Below are positions 31,682-39,142 of a stretch of 39,142 bases of DNA, piece by piece. The notes below the pieces were generated by a model that worked only from the letters and a program-made list of their open reading frames with translations, was not told where the DNA came from and made no database searches. The DNA comes from a virus. The DNA lies in IMG/VR virus record IMGVR_UViG_3300045988_157503, positions 1 through 39,142 of that record. One strand, given 5' to 3'. Both the position numbers and the translations under genes were made by a program. Each line of letters begins with the position of its first letter. The first letter of the stretch is position 1.

Positions 31682-31709
31682 AAGGGCTAGTTTTTGTTGT
31701 CTAGCCCTT
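31682..31709 (-). terminator. Intra-operon hairpin (terminator/attenuator)
   Basis: AAGGGCTAG-10 nt-CTAGCCCTT (9-bp stem) is followed on the minus strand by TATTTTAC. Confidence 0.45.
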
Positions 31710-31713
31710 GTTG

Positions 31714-32310
31714 TTATATTCCTAATTTTTCTAATGTGTATCGTTTACCTGTTTGCATTTCTTTGTACATTGTTCCTTTTTTAAAGTATGGTAAAGTAAA
31801 ATTCTCATCTCTCAGTTGTATATTTATAAATTCTTTATTGCTACAAATAGGAGCCATCTTATAAACAGATCTAACTTTACTCCTAAAAGGTCTAACAACA
31901 TCTGCTAAATACTTCTTCTCTACCTCGTCTAATATCTCTTCTTTTCTTTCAAACATTGTTTCATATTTTACTGGTCTTTCTACCTTGGCGATACTTACAT
32001 CATCGTTAAAATATTTTAATTGTTCATTAATGTTGCTAAAACCATAATCTGAAGTCTTGTCAACAAATATAACTTGTCCATTTTTTAATGTACATTTATC
32101 TCCGTCCTTTAAATCTGCTTTTGTAAATTTGTTTACTAGTTCTAGCTCATTATCTCCGAAAAATTCTGGTGTTCCATATAATTCGTAAGGAAAGCTGTTG
32201 CCATTTTTGTCAGTTGATTTTATTGTAAAAATCTTTCCTAAATTTTCGCATTCTCTTCCTTCAATTTCACAATTAATTACTTTTACTCTATCTCCAACTT
32301 TAAATTTCAT
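31714..32310 (-). CDS. Hypothetical protein (198 aa)
   Basis: ATG with AGGAGGA upstream. Confidence 0.6.
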   Translation of the reverse strand: MKFKVGDRVKVINCEIEGRECENLGKIFTIKSTDKNGNSFPYELYGTPEFFGDNELELVNKFTKADLKDGDKCTLKNGQVIFVDKTSDYGFSNINEQLKYFNDDVSIAKVERPVKYETMFERKEEILDEVEKKYLADVVRPFRSKVRSVYKMAPICSNKEFINIQLRDENFTLPYFKKGTMYKEMQTGKRYTLEKLGI

Positions 32311-32321
32311 TTTAAATCCTC

Positions 32322-32606
32322 CTATAAATAATTTTTACCTATTAAACTTATAAATTCTTCTTTTGTATGTCCCAGATTTATATACTTTTTTTCACAAGTT
32401 TCTTTTAACTTTAAATCTAAACTATGTCCTAGTTTGCCGTGAACACCAATAGTTCCTCTGTGATGCTCAGCACATAACCAAACTTTAAATCCATTTTCTT
32501 CTGATATTCTTCTGTTCGGATTTCCAAAATATATATGATGTTCTTCTACTGGACTATATAGTCCACATATATAACATCTTTTTTCTTCTTGTAATATCGA
32601 TTTCAT
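32322..32606 (-). CDS. Zinc-binding Cys/His protein, HNH/NinG-like motif arrangement (94 aa)
   Basis: RCYICG...EEHHIYFG...LCAEHHRG..GVHG gives a CxxC...HH...C..HH arrangement. The family is not certain. Confidence 0.4.
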   Translation of the reverse strand: MKSILQEEKRCYICGLYSPVEEHHIYFGNPNRRISEENGFKVWLCAEHHRGTIGVHGKLGHSLDLKLKETCEKKYINLGHTKEEFISLIGKNYL

Positions 32607-32667
32607 ATTGCCTCCTTATTTTAAAGGGCGCGTGGCACTAACAATAACAATAAAAAGGGGGTTTTGT

Positions 32668-33216
32668 TCATCTATTAGTGCCACTCCAACTGTCTAACAA
32701 ACTCTTTATTTCAGCTGGTGTTTTAGTTTCTATTCCTACCGCTTTACAATCCTGTACTAAATTATCTATTAACCTACTCATTTGTTTTGTATTATAGGAA
32801 CTCGAACCATAATATGCATTGATAATTTTAAATTCTGTATCTCCTATATATGTTGTATCTGCTGTTTCACAAAACCAAGCTATTCCTCTGTCTGTCCATA
32901 TTTTTTCAAATATTTTTACATCTTGTGTCATTATTTTAAATTGCTTAAATATACCTAATTCCTTTACTCTTCGCTTGTAATCTTCTATTGTGTCTATGTC
33001 TTTATAATCGCAAACCTCTTGAAGTAGTTTCCAAAAGTATTTATTTGCATCAATACTTCGTGATTTGCGGTATTTTTTTATTTCAATAGACAACTTGCTG
33101 TCTTTTATTTCTTCTAAGCTAAAAATTGATTCTCGTCGTTCTAAAAGTATTGTTATTTTCGGTTTGTTTGTTTTATAGTCTATCGATATATCTTGTAATG
33201 TTCCTATACTATTCAT
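32668..33216 (-). CDS. NinB/Orf-like recombination mediator
   Basis: KKYRKSRSIDANKYFWKLLQEV parallels lambda Orf ERNRSLDQNRKLWACLGDV. YGSSSYNTKQMSRLIDNLVQDCKAVGIE parallels IGQSTSRMRVGEFAELLELIQAFGTEHGV. Confidence 0.6.
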   Translation of the reverse strand: MNSIGTLQDISIDYKTNKPKITILLERRESIFSLEEIKDSKLSIEIKKYRKSRSIDANKYFWKLLQEVCDYKDIDTIEDYKRRVKELGIFKQFKIMTQDVKIFEKIWTDRGIAWFCETADTTYIGDTEFKIINAYYGSSSYNTKQMSRLIDNLVQDCKAVGIETKTPAEIKSLLDSWSGTNR

Positions 33217-34108
33217 CTACTACATCACTGCCTATAAAAGGGTCTTGATATTCTTGTTCTTCTTTTATTTCGTTCTCTGTTTTATCTTGTTCCTTTAATT
33301 CTTCAAAAACTTCATTTGATTTCTTTTCTTTCGTCTTTTGTATTTCTGTTGCTATAATTCCTAAAGCTTTTTTAATTACTGGATCTGTTTTTTCATTTTT
33401 GCTATATAACCAATCACAATATTGTGGATCTTGCTTTGTTAATTCTCCTAATGTTAAACCTTTGTATTTGCCAAAATTTATTTTAATAGCTGTTGCTTGT
33501 TCTAATGTCATTGTGCTATTTTCATTTTCTTGTTGTATTAAGTCGCCCATATCTTCTAAGTCTTGTGTAAATACTTCACTTAAGCTAGCTACTTGTAATA
33601 CTGCATCTATAAACGCTCTTTTTTTTGCCATTTTTAGTATTGTATTTACCAAACTGCAGATATCAGGATTATTAATTTTGTATTTTGTTCTTCCATACTT
33701 GTCTGCAAAACTTTCACTTGCTCCCATATAACTATCTGGAATTGTATCTACATTTATAAATCTGTATTTTTTTTCTTTACTGTTACAACTTCCTACTCCT
33801 TGAGCTACAGGTTGTCCATTTCTAAATAATGTACATCTAATGTTGTAACTAAAAAATTCTTTGTCATAATCTTCTGTTGATTGTAAAAATTCATATTCAG
33901 GATTTAACCCAAATAACATACAAATTTTTTCTCCACCTGGTTTTAATAATGTTGGTTTACTTGTTCCTGGCACTTCTCCAAAATCATGACCTTGTTTTAA
34001 TGTTTTCTGCACTACTGCTTGCATTTGTGCTATCTTGTTCATTGTTGTTGAAATATTATCTATATCAACAGTTTCTATAATACTTAAAGCATTTACTTCA
34101 TTATTCAT
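33209..34108 (-). CDS. Single-strand annealing protein (ERF/Rad52-like) with a C-terminal KYKG-type tail domain
   Basis: SKPTLLKPGGEKICMLFGL and NTILKMAKKRAFIDAVLQVASLSEVFTQDLED are annealase-like. The C-terminal FGKYKGLTLGEL..DPQYCDWLY motif is also present. It is adjacent to the Gp157-like gene. Confidence 0.55.
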   Translation of the reverse strand: MNNEVNALSIIETVDIDNISTTMNKIAQMQAVVQKTLKQGHDFGEVPGTSKPTLLKPGGEKICMLFGLNPEYEFLQSTEDYDKEFFSYNIRCTLFRNGQPVAQGVGSCNSKEKKYRFINVDTIPDSYMGASESFADKYGRTKYKINNPDICSLVNTILKMAKKRAFIDAVLQVASLSEVFTQDLEDMGDLIQQENENSTMTLEQATAIKINFGKYKGLTLGELTKQDPQYCDWLYSKNEKTDPVIKKALGIIATEIQKTKEKKSNEVFEELKEQDKTENEIKEEQEYQDPFIGSDVVDE

Positions 34109-34120
34109 TTAAAATTCCTC

Positions 34121-34621
34121 CTATTTAATTTTTAAATATGTATTTCCTGATGATAATTGAGCACCATCAATATCATTTCCTGCTTCTATATCTTTTTTTA
34201 TTGCTACTTTATCTATTTTTATTGTTTGTATTATTTTTTTATATTTTTCTGGTATTCTATCTTCGTCTGTTATTTCTACACTAATTGGACTTTTATTAAC
34301 ACTTAATATTCCTAATTCAGTTTCTATTTTTGGAATTTCAAGCTTATTCATATTGTCCTTTGTATATTCTTTAAATTTATCTAGTTTATTTTGTTTAGAT
34401 TTCTTTAAGTCTTGTAATCTTTTAATTTGATTATCTATTGCATCTATTAAAGCTTCTTCATTTTGTATATAACCTATAATTCCTGCACTTTTATTTTGTA
34501 ATTCTATTGCCAGTTCTTCTCCTAAAGTATTGTATTCTTCCTCTGTAAGTTCTCCTTCTTCTGCTTTTGACATTAATTCTGTAAATTTGTTTGTTATATT
34601 ATATAAACTTAAATTACTCAT
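34121..34621 (-). CDS. Siphovirus Gp157-like protein
   Basis: MSNLSLYNITNKFTELMSKAEEGELTEEEYNTLGEELAIELQNKSAGIIGYIQNEEALIDAIDNQIKRLQDLKK fits the Gp157 family. The start is taken at ATG 34621 (GGAGG upstream). Confidence 0.65.
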   Translation of the reverse strand: MSNLSLYNITNKFTELMSKAEEGELTEEEYNTLGEELAIELQNKSAGIIGYIQNEEALIDAIDNQIKRLQDLKKSKQNKLDKFKEYTKDNMNKLEIPKIETELGILSVNKSPISVEITDEDRIPEKYKKIIQTIKIDKVAIKKDIEAGNDIDGAQLSSGNTYLKIK

Positions 34622-34733
34622 TATATTTGTCCTCCAAATCTTCATAATACTTGTCCCAATCTCTTGGTTTCTTGTAATACTCGTTATAGCACTCATCATT
34701 ATATAAATCTGTTACATTATATTCTGTTACCAT
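34614..34733 (-). CDS. Possible 39-aa acidic/aromatic ORF (below the ORF-track cutoff)
   Basis: The ATG at 34733 has AAGGAGGAG upstream, and the TAA overlaps the Gp157-like start (ATGAGTAA). Product is MVTEYNVTDLYNDECYNEYYKKPRDWDKYYEDLEDKYNE. Confidence 0.4.
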   Translation of the reverse strand: MVTEYNVTDLYNDECYNEYYKKPRDWDKYYEDLEDKYNE

Positions 34734-34806
34734 AACTCCTCCTTGACTTTTTATTTCTTATGTAGTAAAATATTAAAAGTAAAAATATTTACTAATAAGT
34801 TTTGAG

Positions 34807-35136
34807 TTAGTTTTTTGATTGGTAGTCGCGAACTAGCTCTTTTATTTTGTTTAGAACTATTTTCTCGCTGTCTACTGGACAAGCAATAGTTCTATCTGCT
34901 ACATCTTTTAATAAATCTTGTAGCTTCATATTTTCTTTAACTAAAATTGTGTTATTATGTACTTCTTGTTTTCTTAGATCTTTAAGCTGTTTGTTTTCAA
35001 AACTTAAATCTCTAACTTGTCTTGCTAATTCAACATTTCTTGAGTTTGACTCGTCTATTTCTATTGCTGTTGTTTCTTTATAGTACATAAAAGCTATTAA
35101 AACAATTAGTATTACTAATGCTAAAAACAATGCCAT
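34807..35136 (-). CDS. N-terminally membrane-anchored coiled-coil protein (109 aa)
   Basis: TM segment ALFLALVILIVLIAFMYY. RBS is GGAGG. Confidence 0.6.
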   Translation of the reverse strand: MALFLALVILIVLIAFMYYKETTAIEIDESNSRNVELARQVRDLSFENKQLKDLRKQEVHNNTILVKENMKLQDLLKDVADRTIACPVDSEKIVLNKIKELVRDYQSKN

Positions 35137-35153
35137 ATTCTTGTCCTCCTTTC

Positions 35154-35182
35154 TTGTATCTTTTATTTAAATAATGTATAAT
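35154..35182 (+). promoter_or_regulatory. Promoter of the plus-strand wHTH-TM gene
   Basis: TTGTAT (35154-59), 17 nt, extended -10 TGTATAAT (35175-82). RBS GTGAGGT follows before the ATG at 35206. Confidence 0.55.
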
Positions 35183-35205
35183 ATCCTCAAAGTGAGGTTA
35201 TTATT

Positions 35206-35520
35206 ATGGATAAAAATAGTTATAAAGTTTTAAAATTTTTCAATGCTCATCCTAATGAAATGTATTCGGCTAGTACTGTTAGCAAAATGTTTCCTGAATT
35301 ATCTCCAAAAGATATATTAGAAATACTTCATATTTTACGTTCTAATGGACATTTGAGAATAATTAGTAGTAACCTTTATCAAGCTACCAATAAAGGAAAA
35401 ACATATCATCATGTAAGGATCTCTATATGGCTTTCTGAACATATCATTGAAACATTGGCTTTAATTGTTGCCTTTATTGCCTTAATCGTTTCTATTGTTG
35501 CTCTTGTAAGAACTTTCTAG
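35206..35520 (+). CDS. Winged-helix-like N-domain fused to a C-terminal TM anchor (104 aa); likely lysogeny-expressed accessory gene
   Basis: It has the opposite orientation to all flanking early genes and its own promoter. C-terminal TM is IIETLALIVAFIALIVSIVALV. The 3' end overlaps convergent gene 35482..35772 by 39 nt. Confidence 0.6.
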   Translation: MDKNSYKVLKFFNAHPNEMYSASTVSKMFPELSPKDILEILHILRSNGHLRIISSNLYQATNKGKTYHHVRISIWLSEHIIETLALIVAFIALIVSIVALVRTF

Positions 35521-35772
35521 GTTTCTAATAAGATATAACTTCTCTAGTTCTTCAATATTGCTATAAACTATTTCAGATAGAATTTCATTCGAATATCTAT
35601 TTCCTTTTGAATCGACTCCAGTTAATCTTGTAAGTATTTCATCAATTAGTTGGTTAATGCTTTTTATTCTAAAATTAGGGTCTAAACTGTTATCTTTTAC
35701 TTGTTCTTTAAAAAACATATCTTCTTTTTCTTGTTCTTTCATCAATTTTTTCAATGCTTCTCTATCTTTCAT
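35482..35772 (-). CDS. Hypothetical protein (96 aa)
   Basis: ATG with GGAGGA upstream. Confidence 0.6.
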   Translation of the reverse strand: MKDREALKKLMKEQEKEDMFFKEQVKDNSLDPNFRIKSINQLIDEILTRLTGVDSKGNRYSNEILSEIVYSNIEELEKLYLIRNLESSYKSNNRND

Positions 35773-35788
35773 TTCATCCTCCTAAAAT

Positions 35789-35893
35789 CTAAAAACCTAT
35801 TATAAAAAATGCTGCCCAAAACAATCCAAATATTGCACAATAAATATATTCTTTAATTCTTTGTTTTGTCTTTTTATTTACTTTCTTTTTCAT
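35789..35893 (-). CDS. Possible 34-aa membrane peptide (below the ORF-track cutoff)
   Basis: The ATG at 35893 has AAAGGAGG at 8-nt spacing. Product is MKKKVNKKTKQRIKEYIYCAIFGLFWAAFFIIGF. Confidence 0.4.
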   Translation of the reverse strand: MKKKVNKKTKQRIKEYIYCAIFGLFWAAFFIIGF

Positions 35894-35909
35894 TCGTTTT
35901 TCCTCCTTT

Positions 35910-36152
35910 CTAAACTAATATTGATTTTGCTTTTTCTAATTTTGTTTCTGCTTCAATTGCTCTTTTTAATACTGCTTCATATTGTTGATAAGAAACTCCA
36001 CCATTTTTATAAACTTTTACTTTATATTGATTATTAGTTTTAAGTCCTTCGAGTTCTCCTTTTAGCAACTGTTTTTTTACTTCTGCTTCTCCTATTCCTG
36101 TTTGCTTTGCATAAGCTCTTGCAGATAAATAATAGAATGGTACTTCTGGCAT
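35910..36152 (-). CDS. Small HTH DNA-binding protein (80 aa; excisionase/MerR-like fold suspected)
   Basis: The ORF-track start is TTG at 36173. The ATG at 36152 has AAAGGAGG at 7 nt. Product is MPEVPFYYLSARAYAKQTGIGEAEVKKQLLKGELEG... Confidence 0.5.
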   Translation of the reverse strand: MPEVPFYYLSARAYAKQTGIGEAEVKKQLLKGELEGLKTNNQYKVKVYKNGGVSYQQYEAVLKRAIEAETKLEKAKSILV

Positions 36153-36181
36153 TACTTCGCCTCCTTTACTCAAACTTCTTC

Positions 36182-36409
36182 TTATTTTATTTCACAAGTA
36201 TTGCTTGTATTTTCATCTAAAAAAATTTGTGGAAATATATAATTTATAGGTTTGTTGTAAAATTGTGACAACTTTATGCAAATCCCTATCTTGGGTGGTT
36301 TGTTAGAATTTTCAATGTTCGAATATTGCTGTTGTGTAATTCCTAAAAACCTTGCTATGACTACTTGTGGTCTATTTCCTCTTAATTCTTTACATTTATT
36401 GTTTTTCAT
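36182..36409 (-). CDS. Cro-like XRE HTH protein (75 aa)
   Basis: It diverges from the repressor gene. HTH is RPQVVIARFLGITQQQYSNIENSNKPP. The ATG at 36409 has AGAGGTGA upstream (the ORF-track start is GTG 36418). Confidence 0.65.
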   Translation of the reverse strand: MKNNKCKELRGNRPQVVIARFLGITQQQYSNIENSNKPPKIGICIKLSQFYNKPINYIFPQIFLDENTSNTCEIK

Positions 36410-36426
36410 ACTATTCACCTCTTTTT

Positions 36427-36539
36427 ACAAGTTTTTCTTGTTGTTGCGATTATATTATCACAAGCAAAACTTGTTGTCAATAGTTTTTTACAATTTTTTC
36501 TTGTTTTTTATTTACTTATACAAATTTAGCTTGTATAAT
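36427..36539. promoter_or_regulatory. Genetic-switch region: four 15-bp operators plus divergent promoters
   Basis: Operators are ACAAGtttttCTTGT (36427-41), ACAAGcaaaaCTTGT (36460-74), ACAATtttttCTTGT (36490-504) and ACAAAtttagCTTGT (36520-34), spaced 33/30/30 nt. The leftward promoter is TTGACA (36480-75), 17 nt, TAATAT (36457-52), with operator 2 in its spacer. The rightward extended -10 is TGTATAAT (36532-39). Confidence 0.7.
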
Positions 36540-36557
36540 ATTGTTAGAGGTGTTGAT

Positions 36558-36896
36558 ATGAATAGGATTAGACAATTAAGAGAAGAATTTAAAATTTCTC
36601 AAACTGAATTGGGAAAAAAATTAAATAAGACACAACAACAAATAAGTTTATATGAAAATGGAACAAATGAATTAGATTTAGATGGTTATATAATTTTATC
36701 AGAGTTATTTGGTTGCTGTATTGAATATATAGCCGGTAAATCCGACATACGAAATCCACAGCAATCTGACCCACTTGGACTTGCTAAAGTAGGCTTTAGC
36801 ATGGACAAGTATGTTCCTCCAACAGACGCACAAAGAGAGCAGATAAAAGGGTTGCTTGAGGTAATATTAAAAGATAATAAGAAGGAGGAAAAATAA
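36558..36896 (+). CDS. CI-like XRE-family repressor (112 aa)
   Basis: The ATG at 36558 is preceded by AGAGGTG. HTH is IRQLREEFKISQTELGKKLNKTQQQISLYENG. The 5' part of the 206-aa ORF-track ORF covers the operator region and is not coding. Confidence 0.75.
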   Translation: MNRIRQLREEFKISQTELGKKLNKTQQQISLYENGTNELDLDGYIILSELFGCCIEYIAGKSDIRNPQQSDPLGLAKVGFSMDKYVPPTDAQREQIKGLLEVILKDNKKEEK

Positions 36897-36898
36897 AT

Positions 36899-37279
36899 AT
36901 GCTAACAGAAAGGCGTAGTTTTACAGATGACAATGGAAACATTACAACCATAACTGTAGATGAAATTTTAGAAGCTTATGAAATAAAAGACTTAAAATTA
37001 GAAGAATTGCAAGAAAAATATGTAAATATTGTTGACGAGTATGAGGAAAAAATAGACAAATATGAAGAAAAGATAAATGAATTAAACAATATCAATGAAC
37101 AGTTTTTATCTTTGACAGAAACTTTAGAAGAATTAAAAACAGAAAACAACGCACTTAATCAAGACAACACAACATCTTTTCTCTCTTTCTGTATAGTTTT
37201 TATTATAGGTGTATTTATTGCATTTTTGATTGGAAAGTTTTTTCAAAAAAATAATACAGCAATAGATAACAAAGGATAG
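36899..37279 (+). CDS. Coiled-coil protein with a C-terminal TM anchor (126 aa)
   Basis: The ATG is 2 nt past the repressor stop, and the RBS AAGGAGGA lies within the repressor 3' end. C-terminal TM is FLSFCIVFIIGVFIAFLIGKFF. Confidence 0.6.
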   Translation: MLTERRSFTDDNGNITTITVDEILEAYEIKDLKLEELQEKYVNIVDEYEEKIDKYEEKINELNNINEQFLSLTETLEELKTENNALNQDNTTSFLSFCIVFIIGVFIAFLIGKFFQKNNTAIDNKG

Positions 37280-37419
37280 AACAATATGGATTTATTAAAA
37301 GCATTGACTTTACAACTTTTTCACAATTTTGTGAAAAATCTCAAGTTGGTGGACAAACAACAGAGTATGCACTTACATTAAAATATCAATGATGGTAAAT
37401 AATAAATAAGGAAAAGAAA

Positions 37420-37857
37420 ATGAATTTAGATAATTTATATAGTTTAACTGAAAAAGAAAAAATAAAAGTATATAACTGGCATATTGAAGATGCTGACGGT
37501 GCTTATATCAATATAGATAAGATAAATGCTATCGCTCTTAACTATGATAACATCGGTACTTATGTAGAAGAAAAGTGTGTATTAGCAGAAGAACTTGGAC
37601 ATTATTATTATGAAGCTACTTATTCTCTATACTGTCAAAATTTGCAGGTTATATCAAAGCAGGAACGAAAAGCTAAGAAGTGGGCATACAATGTTCTTGT
37701 TCCTTACGAGGATTTACGCAGAGCAATTAAAAATGGTTTGACAACAGTTTATAGCTTGGCAAATTATTTCGAGGTTACTGAGGCTTTTATAAGCAAATGT
37801 GTTGCATTTTATATAGAAAAATATGGAGATTTTACAGAAGAAGCATTAAGTTATTAG
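37420..37857 (+). CDS. ImmA/IrrE-like (DUF955) metallopeptidase-domain protein
   Basis: [12 protein letters not shown] is a degenerate HExxH region. Position between the XRE repressor and integrase is typical for ImmA-type anti-repressor proteases. Confidence 0.55.
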   Translation: MNLDNLYSLTEKEKIKVYNWHIEDADGAYINIDKINAIALNYDNIGTYVEEKCVLAEELGHYYYEATYSLYCQNLQVISKQERKAKKWAYNVLVPYEDLRRAIKNGLTTVYSLANYFEVTEAFISKCVAFYIEKYGDFTEEALSY

Positions 37858-37885
37858 TGTTTCTTTTTTTAGAAAGGATTTGAAT

Positions 37886-39007
37886 ATGGCAAAGAAAACT
37901 AATTATTCTAAAAATGGCAAAAATTATTATAGAATCACAAAAACTATAAGTAAAAAACCTGACGGCACTTCAATAAAAAAAGAATTTTACGGTTCCTGCA
38001 AAGCGGAAGCTGAAGAAAAAGCAACTAAATATATTAATGATTTAAAGTTAGGATTAATCGAAAAAGATAAAAAGTATACTATAAATATATTGTTGCCACT
38101 ATGGTTATATGGGACCAAGAGAAACACAGTTAAAGCATCTACTTTAGACAGCTATGATGGTATATACAAAAAATATATTAAGCCTAATGTAATCTCAAAT
38201 ATTCCAATTAATGATATAAAAACTTTAAAAATACAAGAATATTATAATAATTTAGATACAACTGCTAGTAATGTTAAAAAGGTTCATAAACTACTTTACC
38301 AATTTTTCAATTATTCTGAAAAAGAAGGCTATATAGTTAAAAATCCTTGCAATAACGTTTCTCTTCCCAAAGAGAAAAAAACAACATTAGAAGTTTTAAA
38401 AAATAAATCTAAATTTCAATATTATAGTGAAGATGAAATAAAAAGGTTAAAGGAAGTTTTTAAAGATAATAAATTCAAAAATGTAGTTTTATTCGCTCTT
38501 GGAACAGGTATGCGAAGAGGAGAAATATTTGGACTGCAATGGTCTGACATTGACTTTGAAAAAAAAGAAATACATGTTATACACAATTTAACATATATTG
38601 CAACAAACATCACCGAGACTTCTAAAACTTATCATTTAACACTACAAACTCCAAAAACTGAAAACTCAATCAGGACTATACCTATGTCAGACAGTATTTA
38701 TAAACTATTAAAATCAATTTATGACATAAATTCAACTTATGTGTTTTCTCCTAACGACGGGCATTTTGATATAAAATATTTTGAAAAAGTTTATAAGAAA
38801 AAATTAAAAGAAGCGCATATCGAAAATAAGAACTTTCACGACTTAAGACACACATTTGCAACTATGTTATTGGCAAATGGAGCAGATCTTATAACGGTTA
38901 AAGAGTTGCTTGGTCATAGTTCAATAAAAACAACAGAAATATATTTAGAAGCATTACCTAAAACCAAAGAAGATGTTGTCAATAAAATCAATTTTATTTG
39001 TAACTGA
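37886..39007 (+). CDS. int: Tyrosine integrase
   Basis: The catalytic region contains [24 protein letters not shown] and [14 protein letters not shown] (R..HxxR..H..Y). The ATG at 37886 has GAAAGGA upstream (the ORF-track start is TTG 37880). Confidence 0.9.
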   Translation: MAKKTNYSKNGKNYYRITKTISKKPDGTSIKKEFYGSCKAEAEEKATKYINDLKLGLIEKDKKYTINILLPLWLYGTKRNTVKASTLDSYDGIYKKYIKPNVISNIPINDIKTLKIQEYYNNLDTTASNVKKVHKLLYQFFNYSEKEGYIVKNPCNNVSLPKEKKTTLEVLKNKSKFQYYSEDEIKRLKEVFKDNKFKNVVLFALGTGMRRGEIFGLQWSDIDFEKKEIHVIHNLTYIATNITETSKTYHLTLQTPKTENSIRTIPMSDSIYKLLKSIYDINSTYVFSPNDGHFDIKYFEKVYKKKLKEAHIENKNFHDLRHTFATMLLANGADLITVKELLGHSSIKTTEIYLEALPKTKEDVVNKINFICN

Positions 39008-39029
39008 GTCGGGAAAAAGTCGGGAAAAT
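39002..39029 (+). repeat. 28-nt direct repeat, copy A (AACTgAGTCGGGAAAAAGTCGGGAAAAT), overlapping the int stop codon
   Basis: Pairs with 197-224. On the circular map the two copies sit 241 nt apart (start to start) and bracket the int terminator and an AT-rich stretch. Confidence 0.5.
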
Positions 39030-39046
39030 TTTAAGAAGTACAAAAA

Positions 39047-39086
39047 AAGCAAGGTGTCACAATTTCTTGTAACCCTTGCTTTTTTC
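39047..39086 (+). terminator. Rho-independent terminator of the integrase gene
   Basis: AAGCAAGG...CCTTGCTT outer stem plus an inner ACAA/TTGT stem with loop TTTC, followed by TTTTTT. Confidence 0.7.
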
Positions 39087-39142
39087 TATATTACATAATT
39101 TAAATTAAGCAATAATTTCAGATACAACACCTGAACCTACTG
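39047..39142. repeat. Terminal direct repeat, copy 2 (identical to 1-96)
   Basis: Read directly from the sequence. The repeat runs exactly to the window end. Confidence 0.95.

Larger units (their letters stand above)
1..39142. mobile_element. Complete temperate phage / excised prophage genome, circularly closed (39,046 bp unique plus a 96-nt terminal overlap)
   Basis: All modules are present: integrase, ImmA, XRE repressor/Cro-like switch, recombination and replication genes, late regulator, TerS/TerL/portal/scaffold/capsid, tail fibres, holin/endolysin. nt 1-96 are identical to nt 39047-39142. Confidence 0.85.

Noticed and set aside
25558-34080. Plus-strand ORFs in the early region (25558..25929, 29073..29291, 29302..29517, 29688..30026, 31211..31453, 33399..33731, 33877..34080, 34847..35083)
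   Set aside because: Each lies antisense to tightly packed, RBS-supported minus-strand genes. ORF 29688..30026 also covers the gap better explained by the RBS-supported 59-aa minus-strand ORF.
36276-36557. N-terminal 94 codons of the 206-aa ORF-track ORF 36276..36896
   Set aside because: This part runs through the Cro-like gene and the whole operator/promoter region and gives a hydrophobic nonsense translation. The HTH domain starts at the RBS-supported ATG at 36558.
37286-37381. 31-aa plus-strand ORF between the coiled-coil gene and the ImmA-like gene
   Set aside because: It has only a weak AAAGGA at 9-nt spacing, is very short, and has no recognisable features. Support is insufficient.

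Overview
The window is a complete, AT-rich temperate phage genome. It has 39,046 bp of unique sequence, and nt 1-96 are identical to nt 39047-39142, so the map closes on itself. The host is probably a low-GC Firmicute of the Clostridia type, judging from ChW-like endolysin repeats, a Spo0E-like domain, GGAGG ribosome-binding sites and frequent GTG/TTG starts. Almost everything is on the minus strand.

Reading right to left:
- Lysogeny module on the plus strand: XRE repressor, membrane coiled-coil protein, ImmA-like protease and tyrosine integrase. It diverges from a Cro-like gene across four ACAAG-N5-CTTGT operators.
- Early recombination and replication genes: Gp157-like, ERF/Rad52-like annealase, NinB/Orf-like, DUF1376 replisome organiser, G39P-like helicase loader, DUF1064, YopX, an HNH homing endonuclease and many small unknowns.
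- A sigma/ArpU-like late regulator.
- An autonomous two-gene cassette: a 301-aa soluble protein plus a 172-aa four-TM protein.
- tRNA-Ser(UGA).
- TerS, TerL, portal, scaffold, an N4-gp56-like major capsid protein and tail fibre genes. I recognise no tape measure, tube or sheath, so the virion looks podovirus-like.
- Holin plus a CHAP endolysin, then a LysM protein and a 1793-aa polyvalent protein carrying a ParB-like nuclease domain.
- An accessory arm next to the attachment region: a membrane protein, a Panacea/DUF4065-type antitoxin coupled to an unassignable 135-aa partner, a 58-aa ORF, an XRE-Spo0E-like fusion and a 45-aa ORF.

The two best candidates for an undescribed system are the soluble-plus-4TM cassette at 23098-24816 and the PanA-like pair at 1284-2280. 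All family assignments come from motif recognition by eye. No database search was run.
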